This document shows, in pieces, positions 49,682 to 60,045 of a stretch of 64,000 nt of DNA (its first letter is position 1; each line of letters starts with the position of its first letter). The stretch covers positions 2,528,001 to 2,592,000 of the forward strand of contig OZ223236.1 in assembly GCA_965140445.1 (NCBI GenBank), in the 5' to 3' direction. Under the pieces are notes generated by a model. That model made no database searches and had not been told where the DNA came from. It worked only from the letters and a program-made list of their open reading frames with translations. This DNA comes from Candidatus Ozemobacteraceae bacterium (GTDB lineage Bacteria > Muiribacteriota > Ozemobacteria > Ozemobacterales > Ozemobacteraceae). Made by a program: the position numbers and the translations under genes.

Positions 49682-49846
49682 CACAATCACCCGACAGGAC
49701 AGATTTCACCTTCAACACCTGATAAGAATATCACCCGCGCGCTTGCTTCAGCAGCCGAAATTTTGGATATAAGATTTCTCGACCATATAATTGTTGGTCG
49801 GGAAGGGAAGGGCTATTTTAGTTTCAGAGAGAATGGTTTACTCTGA
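49682..49846 (+). pseudogene. radC: RadC, 3' part (54 codons)
   Basis: HNHPTGQISPSTPD..LDIRFLDHIIVG..YFSFRENGLL* JAB/MPN motif; overlaps the udk stop. Confidence 0.95.
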
Positions 49847-50482
49847 TTCGTCTTCTTCTTTTTTGATTATGCCGTTTGGCTTATCTCTTCCTGAGAGGAG
49901 ATCTCTGATTTTGCCATATAAGACTTCAAGAGCGACTCTGTTTGAAGCACCTTGCGGAACGATTAGGTCAGCAAGATATCTTGAGGGTTGAACCATATTT
50001 ATGGCTGCATCTCTAACTGAATTTTCATATTGATCCACTATGCTTTTAACAGTTCTGCCTCTATCAATATGGTCTCGTTTAATTCTTCTAATGATTGCCC
50101 GATCCAATGGCACATCAATATAGATTCTTAAATCAAATAGCGGCATAAGCTCAGGAATATTAAAAATTAATAACCCTTCGATAATCAATATTGGATGCGG
50201 TTGAATATTAATTGTTTTTTCTAATCTATCGGAACATTTAAAATCGTAAATTGGTCTCTCAATAGCTCTATCATTGGTTAGATCATTAATGTGCTTAATG
50301 AGAAGATCGGTTTCCAGAGCATCAGGATGATCGTAATTTATAATGCGAGGTTTATCCTTTTTCGCATAGTAATACATGTCGTGTTCAAGAACACAGATTT
50401 TCCCGGGAAATCTCTCGAGAACTGCTCTAGAAACACTACTCTTACCAGACCCGCTTAATCCACAAATCCCTATTATATACAT
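49838..50482 (-). CDS. udk: Uridine kinase
   Basis: GLSGSGKS, HDMYY, NYDHPDA, IIEGLL, RRIKRD..RGR. Confidence 0.93.
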   Translation of the reverse strand: MYIIGICGLSGSGKSSVSRAVLERFPGKICVLEHDMYYYAKKDKPRIINYDHPDALETDLLIKHINDLTNDRAIERPIYDFKCSDRLEKTINIQPHPILIIEGLLIFNIPELMPLFDLRIYIDVPLDRAIIRRIKRDHIDRGRTVKSIVDQYENSVRDAAINMVQPSRYLADLIVPQGASNRVALEVLYGKIRDLLSGRDKPNGIIKKEEDESE

Positions 50483-50570
50483 GGCGACAATTTACCACAG
50501 TTGCTGAATTTAGAATACAAAAATTTGCAAAAAAAAAAGGAGCATTAAGCTCCTCTTTTTAGTTTTTAAG

Positions 50571-52433
50571 TTAAATCAGCTTTTTAAGAGTTTCAGCAAT
50601 TTTATCGTGAGATAAATTGAAGGAAGCAAGAAGCTCTTCTGGTGTACCAGATCTTGGCACTTCAGTTACCGCTGTATGATGGAATTCTTTAATTTTTCCA
50701 GCAAGGTTTAATGCTACTGCACTACCAGCTCCGCCTTCAGGTGCATGTTCTTCAAAAACAGCTACTCGTCCATTTGATTTTTCTACAAGTGCGGCTAATT
50801 CTTTTGTTGGGAAAGGTTTGATACAATACAAATCAACAACTTGAATTTTTTCTGCGCCTGGAAGAGTTTCGAGGGCTTTAAGAATTTCGTGTACAATAAC
50901 ACCGCAAGAAACTACTGTTAATTCAGGGTTATCTGATTTTTTTATAACCTTAAGTCCGCCAATTGGGAACTGCTCATCACTATTATAAAGAACAGCTGTT
51001 GAAGGTCTTGAAAGTCTTACATAACCAGGACCATCATGGCGGGCAAGGCTTATGATTGACTGGTATGCAGAAACAGCATCCGATGGGTACAAAACCGCTC
51101 CCTTTGGAAGTGTTCGGAAAGCTGCTATATCTTCAAGTGCCATTTGAGAAGGGCCATCTTCTCCGATTGAGATTCCTGCGTGAGTTCCAATGAGTTTAAT
51201 CTTAAGACCGGAGAGAGCCGCCATTCTTACCTGATCAAATGCTCTGGCAAGGAAAGCACCAAATGTTACTGCAAATGGGATCAAACCTCTTGAGGCTAAA
51301 CCTGCAGCTACACCTGCCATATTCTGTTCAGCAATAAAGCATTCCACAAATCTTTCTGGATATGTTTCGCCAAATTTTTGAGAATAGGTTGAGTTTTGAG
51401 TATCGCCGTCAATAACCCATACTTTAGGCTCTACTTTTCCAAGCTCAAGAAGGGCAGTGTTAACTGCTTGTCTTGTCGCTGCCTTGTCGGTTTTGCTATA
51501 TGGGGCTGGAGCAGTTTCAGCAGTAAATGGAGCATCAGAGATTTCAGTTTTTACTTCTTCTGGTTTAGCGATAACAGGCGCTGGAGGAGTTTTCATTAAA
51601 TCAGCATTAACTTCTTCCAAAACTTCTTTTAATCCATCAGCTTCTTTAATTGGTTTTCCGTGCCAGTTATCTTTGTCAGAGATAGCAGATACTCCGCCAC
51701 CTTTAAAGGTTTTAGCAATAATACAAACTGGTTTTCCTTTTACATTTAATGCGGTATCAAATGCTTTGAGTAATTCTTCAAAATCGTGTCCGTTTTCAAC
51801 AACGATTGCTTCCCAGCCAAAAGCTTCAACTTTTCTAGCATAGGTTCTAAGATCGTGCCCATGCATAGTTTCCCGGCTTTGTCCAAGACGATTGACGTCA
51901 ATAATAGCCATCAGATTATCAGTTTTCTTGTGAGCTGCCAGAGCGAAGGCTTCCCATACAGAGCCTTCTGCAACTTCGCCATCGCCAAGGATAACGTAAG
52001 TTCTTGCACCATTTCTAACTACTTCTTGTTGTTGAAGGGCGATTCCGAGGCCACATGATAAACCTTGTCCAAGAGAACCAGTTGCAACATCAACAAATGG
52101 AAGACTAGGCATTGGATGGCCTTCTATTCTTGATCCCATTTGTCTAAGAGTGAGAACTTCTTCTTCTTTCAAATAGCCAGCTTCACACCAGGCAGCGTAA
52201 AGAGCTGGAGCTGCATGTCCTTTAGAAAGAACGAGGCGATCATTGGCATGAGAACCAGGATCAGCCGGGTTGTATTTCATTACTCTAAAAAAGAGTGAAG
52301 ATAATATATCTGCACATGAACAACATGAAGAAGGATGACCAGAGCCCGCTTTGGCTGTGGATTCAATTGAAAGCGCTCTAATTCTAGCTGCTCTGTGTTT
52401 AAGTTCTTTTATCAGGGATGTATCGTAGGACAT
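50571..52433 (-). CDS. tkt: Transketolase
   Basis: SGHPSS, SKGHAAP, TGSLGQG, GDGE, IAEQNM, GEDGPSQ; start at MSYDT after GGAGG. Confidence 0.95.
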   Translation of the reverse strand: MSYDTSLIKELKHRAARIRALSIESTAKAGSGHPSSCCSCADILSSLFFRVMKYNPADPGSHANDRLVLSKGHAAPALYAAWCEAGYLKEEEVLTLRQMGSRIEGHPMPSLPFVDVATGSLGQGLSCGLGIALQQQEVVRNGARTYVILGDGEVAEGSVWEAFALAAHKKTDNLMAIIDVNRLGQSRETMHGHDLRTYARKVEAFGWEAIVVENGHDFEELLKAFDTALNVKGKPVCIIAKTFKGGGVSAISDKDNWHGKPIKEADGLKEVLEEVNADLMKTPPAPVIAKPEEVKTEISDAPFTAETAPAPYSKTDKAATRQAVNTALLELGKVEPKVWVIDGDTQNSTYSQKFGETYPERFVECFIAEQNMAGVAAGLASRGLIPFAVTFGAFLARAFDQVRMAALSGLKIKLIGTHAGISIGEDGPSQMALEDIAAFRTLPKGAVLYPSDAVSAYQSIISLARHDGPGYVRLSRPSTAVLYNSDEQFPIGGLKVIKKSDNPELTVVSCGVIVHEILKALETLPGAEKIQVVDLYCIKPFPTKELAALVEKSNGRVAVFEEHAPEGGAGSAVALNLAGKIKEFHHTAVTEVPRSGTPEELLASFNLSHDKIAETLKKLI

Positions 52434-52516
52434 CTTACCCTCCATTTTAAATTTGTTTAAAACATATATAGGATTAAACAAAAGGAGGGGACTAGTCAAC
52501 AAAATTGGGAAAAAGT

Positions 52517-53401
52517 TTATTTGTTTGGAACCTGCTCAGCATTTTTTAGAGAGTTTGCTTTTGCAAGTTCCTTTATACCTTCTTTGTAATCTTTCTTTTC
52601 AGCTAATGTTTTTTGAGTAATTGGATTTTCCATTCTTAGCAAAAATGCTTTAACTTGCTCGGGGCATGGTTGAAGCTCTGGAATTTTAGTTAAAACAACA
52701 GAAAAGATAAGTGCAGAGGAATAAAGAAGAAAATTTGAGGCATCTTTTATTGGATTAGGTGAAACTCTTTGAATAAGCTTAATAAAAGAAATTAACCAGA
52801 TTGATGGGATAAGCATTCTCAGGAATAGTGCAATAGCGGTGGGAATAAAAAGAGATAGGGTAGGTTTGTCTTCATCCAGGAGTCTTAGAGTTATCAAATC
52901 TAAAGTTCTGTTTGGATATGAAATGTAAATGCGACTCCAGAATGTAAAGCTGGTAGCAGAACAATCTGAAATTAAGAGAAGTGAGTCCAACCTTTCTGGA
53001 AGCTGCTCAGTTAAAAATTTCTTTCTGGCATAAACCATGAACGAATAAGTTGAAAAAAGCTGACACAGAAAAGCTATTAAAAAACCTGTTATGGGGCCAA
53101 CAATAACTGCAAAAAAAGCAAATACAAAAATGGTTGGGATTCCAAGAAACAATAGCAGGGAAAGTCCAAAAATAATAAATGGCCATGAATAGATAGGCAA
53201 AAATTCTGCAGACACAGAAATATTAGCTAAAAAAGCTTTTAAGCCCCAGTTGTGTGCCAGTTCCGGATAGGCGAAAAATGCTTGATGGCTGATGGCACCA
53301 AGTAGTATTCCCCCCAAAAGGAAGGCGATCCAACGAATTCTAATTTGCCAGTTGTATGTCCACATGGCATGAGAATCTAATCTCAATTGAAGCAAAAGCA
53401 A
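52517..53401 (-). CDS. Integral membrane protein (possibly VTT/DedA-like)
   Basis: Multiple hydrophobic segments; start uncertain. Confidence 0.55.
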   Translation of the reverse strand: MLLLQLRLDSHAMWTYNWQIRIRWIAFLLGGILLGAISHQAFFAYPELAHNWGLKAFLANISVSAEFLPIYSWPFIIFGLSLLLFLGIPTIFVFAFFAVIVGPITGFLIAFLCQLFSTYSFMVYARKKFLTEQLPERLDSLLLISDCSATSFTFWSRIYISYPNRTLDLITLRLLDEDKPTLSLFIPTAIALFLRMLIPSIWLISFIKLIQRVSPNPIKDASNFLLYSSALIFSVVLTKIPELQPCPEQVKAFLLRMENPITQKTLAEKKDYKEGIKELAKANSLKNAEQVPNK

Positions 53402-53541
53402 GGAAAATTTATAAAAATCTAAAATTTTCTCTGTTGTCTGTACAGAATAATTGTGTTACTTTGAAGGAGCAAAGAAAAAACTTCCTCTAATAGAGGATAG
53501 GAAGAATAAATATAGTCTCTAGGGGAGATAAAATATCAGCT

Positions 53542-53892
53542 ATGTCAGAAGAATTCTCTCTAGCGCACCATGTTGATGGACCAGTATTAGTAATTAGGAC
53601 CAAGGGCTACTTGAACGATCTTGGGGCTGAACAGGTTGATGAGATCTGTTCTGAAAAATTGGAAGACGGTATTAATAAGATTGTAATTAATCTTCAGGAG
53701 TCTCCTTTGATTAACAGTATCGGAATTTCAATTCTGATAGGTGTAATTGAAGCTATTGAAGAATCTGAAGGCGCACTTGCTTTTACCAACCTGACCCCAA
53801 CTAACAGGAAAACCTTTGAAATGATGGGCTTGCTGCAGTTTGCACAGCCTTTTGATGCAGAGGAAGAAGCTGTTAAGCAGTTTAAGGGATAG
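53542..53892 (+). CDS. STAS-domain anti-sigma-factor antagonist
   Basis: GYLND..INSIGISIL with conserved phospho-Ser position. Confidence 0.88.
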   Translation: MSEEFSLAHHVDGPVLVIRTKGYLNDLGAEQVDEICSEKLEDGINKIVINLQESPLINSIGISILIGVIEAIEESEGALAFTNLTPTNRKTFEMMGLLQFAQPFDAEEEAVKQFKG

Positions 53893-53898
53893 GGCTAT

Positions 53899-55479
53899 AT
53901 GTCAGATCAATTGTCCATTCAAGAGCAGAAAATGCAGCAGCAGGTCCTGCGGTATGAGTATGTCTTAGAAGCTCTTAGTGATATCGGTGACGAACTTTGT
54001 CGCGTTACAAGTTTTGATGCCCAATTAAAATCTCTTTTGCATCTACTCCTGGGAACTCTTGGAGTAAGAAAGGGCGGGATTTTTCTTTTTGACGGGTACA
54101 AAAGAAAGTTATCATTGAGATGCGCATGGAAATTGGCCCTCAAAAAGGGCGAATTTGAAGTTGATCATGAAGAAATAGCATCTTTAGAGGACAATCAAGC
54201 TGAGCTAACCTATAGGGTTAGCGAATTCCCTTTTTTAAAGGATGTTTTAGAATCGTTTAAAGAAGATACTCTTGATTGTATTTCCGTTTTAAAAGTTCGT
54301 GAAAAGCTTATTGGATTCGTTGTTGTAGGGCATAAGCTTAAAAATGTTGCTCTGACTGACAAGGAAATGACTTTTTTGAAAACCCTTTCAAGAAATATTT
54401 CTGTTGCGATCAACAACTTTCTACTTCTTTCTGAACTTAGAGAAACTAATGTTCAGCTCGATGAAAAAATTCAGGAAGTAAGTATACTTTACCAGGCGTC
54501 TCAGATGATTTCATCAGAGCTTCAGCTCCAGGCGCTTCTGGATATGGCTATGAGTGCCATTTCTGAAATTACAGAGATTGAACGCGGTTCAACCTGGCTT
54601 TATGAAGAAGAACATCATGTATTTAATCTGATGAGCCATCTTGGTGATGCTAATGAACTTCCAGGAAGCCTTCAGCTGAGCGATTCTGAAATTCTTCAGC
54701 AGGCTATGGAATGTAAGGAGTCTTTTGACTTCAATCAAGAGCAGACAATTGATAGAACTCTTAAAAGATTAGACGAAAAAGTTTTTGGAAAGGCTTTTAT
54801 AATTGTTCCTATTTTGCATCAGGGAGAATTTTTAGGAGTTGTTCATCTTTGTGGTACTCCGCAGGGGAACTGTTTCTCTGAGAGAGATTTAAGATTAATT
54901 AAAGTTTTTGCTGTTCAACTTGGTGCTGCAGTTAAAAATGCTCAACTTTATGAACAGGCCATTACAGATGGCATGACCAAGCTTTATCTGCATAGATATT
55001 TCAAGCAGAGATTGTATGATGAAATGAAGAGAGCAGCTAGATTTAAAAGAAGTTTAGCTTTAATAATGGTTGATATTGATCACTTCAAGCTTCTCAATGA
55101 TAATTATGGGCATCAAACTGGTGATGAAGTTCTTAAACACGTTGCTGCTATTTTGCGAAGAGCGGTCAGAACTCATGATTTACCTGTAAGATACGGCGGT
55201 GAAGAATTTGCTCTGGTTTTACCTGAAACAGATATGGGTGGAGCCGTTGCAGTTGCTGAAAGAATAAGACGCTCAATTGAAAATGATTATCTTGAGGTTA
55301 GTGGCCAGGTATTGAAAATTTCTGCAAGCTTTGGCGTTTCAGTTTTCCCAGATAGTGCAGATTGTGCAGAATCAATTATTAAAGCGGCAGATGTTGCTCT
55401 TTACTGGTCTAAAGAACATGGCAGAAATCAGGTAACGGCAGCACCAACAAAGAAAGTTGAAGAAGCTGGGAGCAACTGA
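53899..55479 (+). CDS. GAF-GAF-GGDEF diguanylate cyclase
   Basis: DIDHFK..ND.YGH..GD, RTHD I-site and RYGGEEF. Confidence 0.93.
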   Translation: MSDQLSIQEQKMQQQVLRYEYVLEALSDIGDELCRVTSFDAQLKSLLHLLLGTLGVRKGGIFLFDGYKRKLSLRCAWKLALKKGEFEVDHEEIASLEDNQAELTYRVSEFPFLKDVLESFKEDTLDCISVLKVREKLIGFVVVGHKLKNVALTDKEMTFLKTLSRNISVAINNFLLLSELRETNVQLDEKIQEVSILYQASQMISSELQLQALLDMAMSAISEITEIERGSTWLYEEEHHVFNLMSHLGDANELPGSLQLSDSEILQQAMECKESFDFNQEQTIDRTLKRLDEKVFGKAFIIVPILHQGEFLGVVHLCGTPQGNCFSERDLRLIKVFAVQLGAAVKNAQLYEQAITDGMTKLYLHRYFKQRLYDEMKRAARFKRSLALIMVDIDHFKLLNDNYGHQTGDEVLKHVAAILRRAVRTHDLPVRYGGEEFALVLPETDMGGAVAVAERIRRSIENDYLEVSGQVLKISASFGVSVFPDSADCAESIIKAADVALYWSKEHGRNQVTAAPTKKVEEAGSN

Positions 55480-55488
55480 TTTTTTTCT

Positions 55489-56166
55489 CTAGCCCTGCTT
55501 TTCCAATAAAAGTATTTTGCTTTTCTTTGGGGTTAGTTCGTTTTTTAATATTTTCCAACCATCATTTTCAAGGGAAGATAATTCTTCATCCTTAAATGGT
55601 CTTACCAGCATTCCTTTGCGTACGCCTTCTGTAAAAACTATTGAGCCGTCATCTTTAGAAACAGCCCCTTTTTCAGATGCGGAGCTGGCAAAATTGTCTA
55701 AAGTCATTAATAAAGCCCCACCTGTTTTTAAAACTCGCCTGGCTTCCTGTAATGATAGTTTGAATCCATTTAAATCCAGATGATCAAATAAGTGGTGGGC
55801 TAAGATTCCATCTACACTAGCAGAAGCTAAAGCCAGTTTCCGAGCATCACAAATAATTGGCAAACCACGTAAGTCTTCTTCAAAGAAATTATTTTTCATT
55901 ACTCTGATAGCTTTTTCAGATAAATCAACTCCAATGGTTTTGTAGCCGACTTGTTGGAGGTAAAGACTATTTCTTCCTTCGCCGCAACCAAGGTCAAGAA
56001 TCACACCATTTCTGGGAACAACATTGCAGAGATGTTGAACCAGTTTTGATGAAGGAGCTATCATTCCCTGAAATTTTAAAAATTTATTCCAGGTTTTATT
56101 CCAATAATTTCTTGTTTCCCGCTCTTGTTGATGGTTATCCATTTTTTTTCTCCCCGACAAATTCAA
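55489..56166 (-). CDS. Class I SAM-dependent methyltransferase
   Basis: ILDLGCGEGRN motif I and RVLKTGG. Confidence 0.9.
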   Translation of the reverse strand: MNLSGRKKMDNHQQERETRNYWNKTWNKFLKFQGMIAPSSKLVQHLCNVVPRNGVILDLGCGEGRNSLYLQQVGYKTIGVDLSEKAIRVMKNNFFEEDLRGLPIICDARKLALASASVDGILAHHLFDHLDLNGFKLSLQEARRVLKTGGALLMTLDNFASSASEKGAVSKDDGSIVFTEGVRKGMLVRPFKDEELSSLENDGWKILKNELTPKKSKILLLEKQG

Positions 56167-58801
56167 CGGAGACAGCTGTTATATCGTCATGCTGATCTGC
56201 ATGCAATGAGAATTCATTAATCTCGTTAAGAAGATCCTTAGCTGGTTGCAAGCCTCTGGGTCTCCCGAGAAATCTTTTCAGTCTGCTTTCCCCAAATTCC
56301 TCTTCATTAGCATTTCTTGCTTCTGTAACACCGTCTGTATATAAGAATAACATATCCCCGGTGGTCATTTTAAAAGTTTCAGAATCATAAGAATAATCCT
56401 CAATGATTCCTAGCGGTACACCACGGATGTTTTTTTCATGAATTACCAGTTCATGTCCTCTACCGGAAATAACAAAAGCCGGGTTGTGCCCTGCGCTGGA
56501 TAATTCTATTGAACCTGTCTCAGCGTCAACAATTACATACATTGCTGTTATAAAACGATCGTTTGTAATATTTCTGGCAATGATTTTATTCGCTCTAGAT
56601 AGAACTTCGCTTGCGGAAAGGGTGTCTAGATCCATTGTTGACAGAGTTGTTTTAAACACTGTCATGATAATAGCAGCAGGAACGTTTTTCCCTGAAGCAT
56701 CGGCAATAACAATACCCAACTTTTTATTGCCAAGTTCAAAGAAGTCATAATAATCTCCACCAACTTCTCCGGCTGACTTACTGACTTTACTGAGCCGCAA
56801 ACCATTTATTGAGGGTATAGTCTGCGGAAGAAGGTTTTCCTGGATCTCTCTTGCCATATTAAGCTGAGTATCCATCTTCTTTTTCAGGTCATGCTGCTGT
56901 AATAGGCCATCCGTTTCAATAATAGAGGCTATCTGGCTGGCAATAATCTGGATAAAGAAGATTTCCTGCCAGGACAGTCTGGTTTCTCTATCAAGGTAGT
57001 AAACGAATAAAAGCCCCTTTTCCATTTCTGTTTGATCTGATTCCTGTCCGTTAACAATAAGGGGTTCGGTAACAACACAACCATTTAATCCTCTTTCATA
57101 CTTTCTTTTAGCAAGAATCGCATTATCTGAAATGGGAGGAGGTGAGTAAATAGGCTGAAAGAAGCTTGCATCTTCGCTGCCGGTTTTTATTCCTACACTA
57201 TTTTCGAAATACCAACCTGATATTCCAAGATCGGCTGGTAAAGTTTCTTCCAATGATTGTGACTTGTCTACGGGATTCCAGGAAGTAGATTCAAAATAGG
57301 TTTGCGCTTCTTCACTTTTTAAGAACCTTTCGCTAAACTCCGGGTCACCAAGTCTGGAGAGAAAGGTTTTGTCATCACCAGGAGATTTTTGCAAAACCAT
57401 TACTTTTACAATGTCTATGTTTGGGCATTGTGATATTAGCTGTTGAAGAATTAAATTGATGGCCTTTTCAAGTCTTTCGTTTGGATTATCAAGACGCTTT
57501 TGAGTTTCGTGAAGCTCTCTGTAGATCTCATTTAGACTGTGTATTGATTCAAGGTAGTTTCTGTTGACTTCACCTTGAAAATTTAATCTTTCAGCCATAA
57601 TTTGAAAAGCGTTGGCCAAGGAATCAATTTCCTGAGTGTTTGATTTGGGAAGGTTTTTTATTTCATTTCCAAGCCTGAAGCTTTCTATTTCTTTATTTAG
57701 TTCTTTAAGTGGTCCACCAAGGCGTTTTGGAATGACGAGATAAATATAAATTCCAAAGACAAGTACAATTAAAAGAAAGATAGATACAATTCGATAATTG
57801 CCTTTTGCATGAGATTTTAGCTGATCAGAAATTTCATAAATTTTTCCCCAATAAATCTCTGCTTCTCTTGAAGATGCATTGACGCCCTTTTTCCTGAGAG
57901 CGCTAAGTTCTTCGATCATTTTTTGGATGTTGTCTTCGGCTTCAAATAATTCACTTTGAGGGGCTTCAAGAAGGTTTCTAAGTCTAAAGAAAGAGCTGGA
58001 AAAAAGCCCAACTTTACGTTGTATCTGCATTAATACTCTTTTGTGAAGAGGATTCTCACTATCTTTTAAGGAGTTCTCAAGTAAATATTCAATGGCTCTC
58101 AATCTTTTTTCTACTCTTGATGCGGCGCTTTTCGATCTTTTGGTGGTAGGTGTAATTGCTTTTTTCCCTTGATTTAGAGAAATATACAAAGCGACCTCTG
58201 TTTCAGCCAATAACAGATCCTTTTCGACCTTTTCAATTTTTATCATCAAAGTAGATGTTTGACTTAGACTTGATCTAAATCCAGGATTTCTTAGAGTTTC
58301 TTTAAAATCCTTCATCATTTCTTTAAAACGATTAAGCAGCAGAGTAACTTCTTCCCAGAGACCCTCTGCTGCTTTGGTTCTATTAATGGATTTTTTCTGG
58401 ATTATATTATTCCGTCTTTTTAGTAAAAGTTCGAAATTTTCCAGTTGGCTTGTAAAGCTCCCACAAAGTCTTGCTATGTTTTGAAGACGTTCTTTTCTGT
58501 CCTTTTCTATGACCAGGTTAGAAAGTTTTTCAAGATATCCATTAAGGACTTCTGTATTTTCAATACTTAGATTTAAAAGTGGGGTAGCTGGGTTTGCTGC
58601 GTGACCTTCAGCAATTTCTGAGATAGTAAACCATTTGTCAGCAAATCGCTCATAGGTTCTTGCAATGGTTATATGTCGCGGAAGCATTCTGGTCACAAAA
58701 CCCTCGATATCCCAAAATGAAATCGAGGAAAGACCAAGGATGATAAGTATTACAGCAAGAACGGCCGCAATACTTAAAGCCAGCTGCCGTTGAAAACTCA
58801 T
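56135..58801 (-). CDS. Membrane HAMP + SpoIIE/RsbU-type PP2C phosphatase
   Basis: AREIQENLLP, VGGDYYD, IADASGK, AGHNP, LYTDGVTEA, DDIT. Confidence 0.92.
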   Translation of the reverse strand: MSFQRQLALSIAAVLAVILIILGLSSISFWDIEGFVTRMLPRHITIARTYERFADKWFTISEIAEGHAANPATPLLNLSIENTEVLNGYLEKLSNLVIEKDRKERLQNIARLCGSFTSQLENFELLLKRRNNIIQKKSINRTKAAEGLWEEVTLLLNRFKEMMKDFKETLRNPGFRSSLSQTSTLMIKIEKVEKDLLLAETEVALYISLNQGKKAITPTTKRSKSAASRVEKRLRAIEYLLENSLKDSENPLHKRVLMQIQRKVGLFSSSFFRLRNLLEAPQSELFEAEDNIQKMIEELSALRKKGVNASSREAEIYWGKIYEISDQLKSHAKGNYRIVSIFLLIVLVFGIYIYLVIPKRLGGPLKELNKEIESFRLGNEIKNLPKSNTQEIDSLANAFQIMAERLNFQGEVNRNYLESIHSLNEIYRELHETQKRLDNPNERLEKAINLILQQLISQCPNIDIVKVMVLQKSPGDDKTFLSRLGDPEFSERFLKSEEAQTYFESTSWNPVDKSQSLEETLPADLGISGWYFENSVGIKTGSEDASFFQPIYSPPPISDNAILAKRKYERGLNGCVVTEPLIVNGQESDQTEMEKGLLFVYYLDRETRLSWQEIFFIQIIASQIASIIETDGLLQQHDLKKKMDTQLNMAREIQENLLPQTIPSINGLRLSKVSKSAGEVGGDYYDFFELGNKKLGIVIADASGKNVPAAIIMTVFKTTLSTMDLDTLSASEVLSRANKIIARNITNDRFITAMYVIVDAETGSIELSSAGHNPAFVISGRGHELVIHEKNIRGVPLGIIEDYSYDSETFKMTTGDMLFLYTDGVTEARNANEEEFGESRLKRFLGRPRGLQPAKDLLNEINEFSLHADQHDDITAVSVEFVGEKKNG

Positions 58802-58821
58802 TGCAGTTTTTTCTCCGCGAA

Positions 58822-59907
58822 TTAAACGTTAAATCTGAAATTAATTATATCACCATCTTTAACAGGGTATTCTTTCCCCTCAAGTCTGGCAAGGCCTGCT
58901 GCTTTTACTGCTGCCATTGTGCCTTTAGCAACAAAATCATCGTAGGCAACAACTTCGGCTCTAATAAATCCTCTCTCAATATCAGAATGAATCTTTCCGC
59001 CGGCTTTTTGCGCGATCAGGTTCCGTTGAATTGGCCAGGCGCGAACCTCATCTTCCCCAACGGTTAAAAAGCTTATGTAGTTCAATACTTTGTAAGCTTC
59101 TGAAATCAGTCGGTTTCTTCCAGATTCTTTTATTCCGTATTCTTCAAGGAAAATAGCTTCTTCATCAGGAGAAAGGGATGAAATTTCCATTTCGGTCTTA
59201 GCGGAAACCATAAGAGGATCCCAACCGCGTTCGGAACAAGCGGCTTTAAACGCTTTTACATCAGCATCGTTTTCATCTGCAAATTGATCATCAGAGCAGT
59301 TTCCAATGATAAGTAAGGGTTTTTGGGTCAGGAATCTGAAGCCTTTGAGGGAATGAAGTTCATCTTCTGTGAGTTCAACAGTTGATAGGAATTCGTTGTT
59401 TTCCAGAACTGTTTTTAATCGTTCCATAAGTTCCAGTTCTTTAACAAGTTCTGGTTTTTTTACTGATTTAAGTTCTTTGTTAATTCTTTCAATTTTATTT
59501 TGAATAATTTCCAGATCACTGAAAATAAATTCGAGACAAAGTTCTTCAAGGTCAGCTACCGGATCAATTTTGTTATGAATATGGGGAACATCTTCACCCG
59601 GGAAAAGTCTCAGAACTAACATCAGTGCCTCACAGATTCTAATGTTAGAGAGAATCTTGCTTGCAGATTTGTTTTCATCGTGGCTGATGCCTGGAATATC
59701 AGTAAATTCGACAGTTGCGAATGTGGTTTTTTTGGGCTTAAAAATGGTGGTAAGAAAATCTATTCGAGCATCTGGAACCTTTACGATTCCGTTGTTGATT
59801 TCGTCGGTTTGCACCAGATAATCTCTAGTCTGAGCGTTGCCTCTTGTTGCCATGTTAAAAATGCTTGTTTTTCCAGACATTGGGAGTCCAGCAAGTCCGA
59901 TTTTCAT
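58822..59907 (-). CDS. ychF: Redox-regulated ATPase YchF
   Basis: GLPMSGKT, VKVPDAR, DIPG, AGGKIHSDIERGFIRAEV, EGKEY. Confidence 0.95.
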   Translation of the reverse strand: MKIGLAGLPMSGKTSIFNMATRGNAQTRDYLVQTDEINNGIVKVPDARIDFLTTIFKPKKTTFATVEFTDIPGISHDENKSASKILSNIRICEALMLVLRLFPGEDVPHIHNKIDPVADLEELCLEFIFSDLEIIQNKIERINKELKSVKKPELVKELELMERLKTVLENNEFLSTVELTEDELHSLKGFRFLTQKPLLIIGNCSDDQFADENDADVKAFKAACSERGWDPLMVSAKTEMEISSLSPDEEAIFLEEYGIKESGRNRLISEAYKVLNYISFLTVGEDEVRAWPIQRNLIAQKAGGKIHSDIERGFIRAEVVAYDDFVAKGTMAAVKAAGLARLEGKEYPVKDGDIINFRFNV

Positions 59908-60045
59908 AATAAGCTCCTGAATTCTTTTTTTTCAGGGCTTAATATAGCATAGTATGCATTAAATCGCACGTTCCCAAATAAAATGCTGAACAAAAAAAGG
60001 TAAAAAAAAGAGCCGAAATTAATCGGCTCTTTTTTCAGATCTGAT

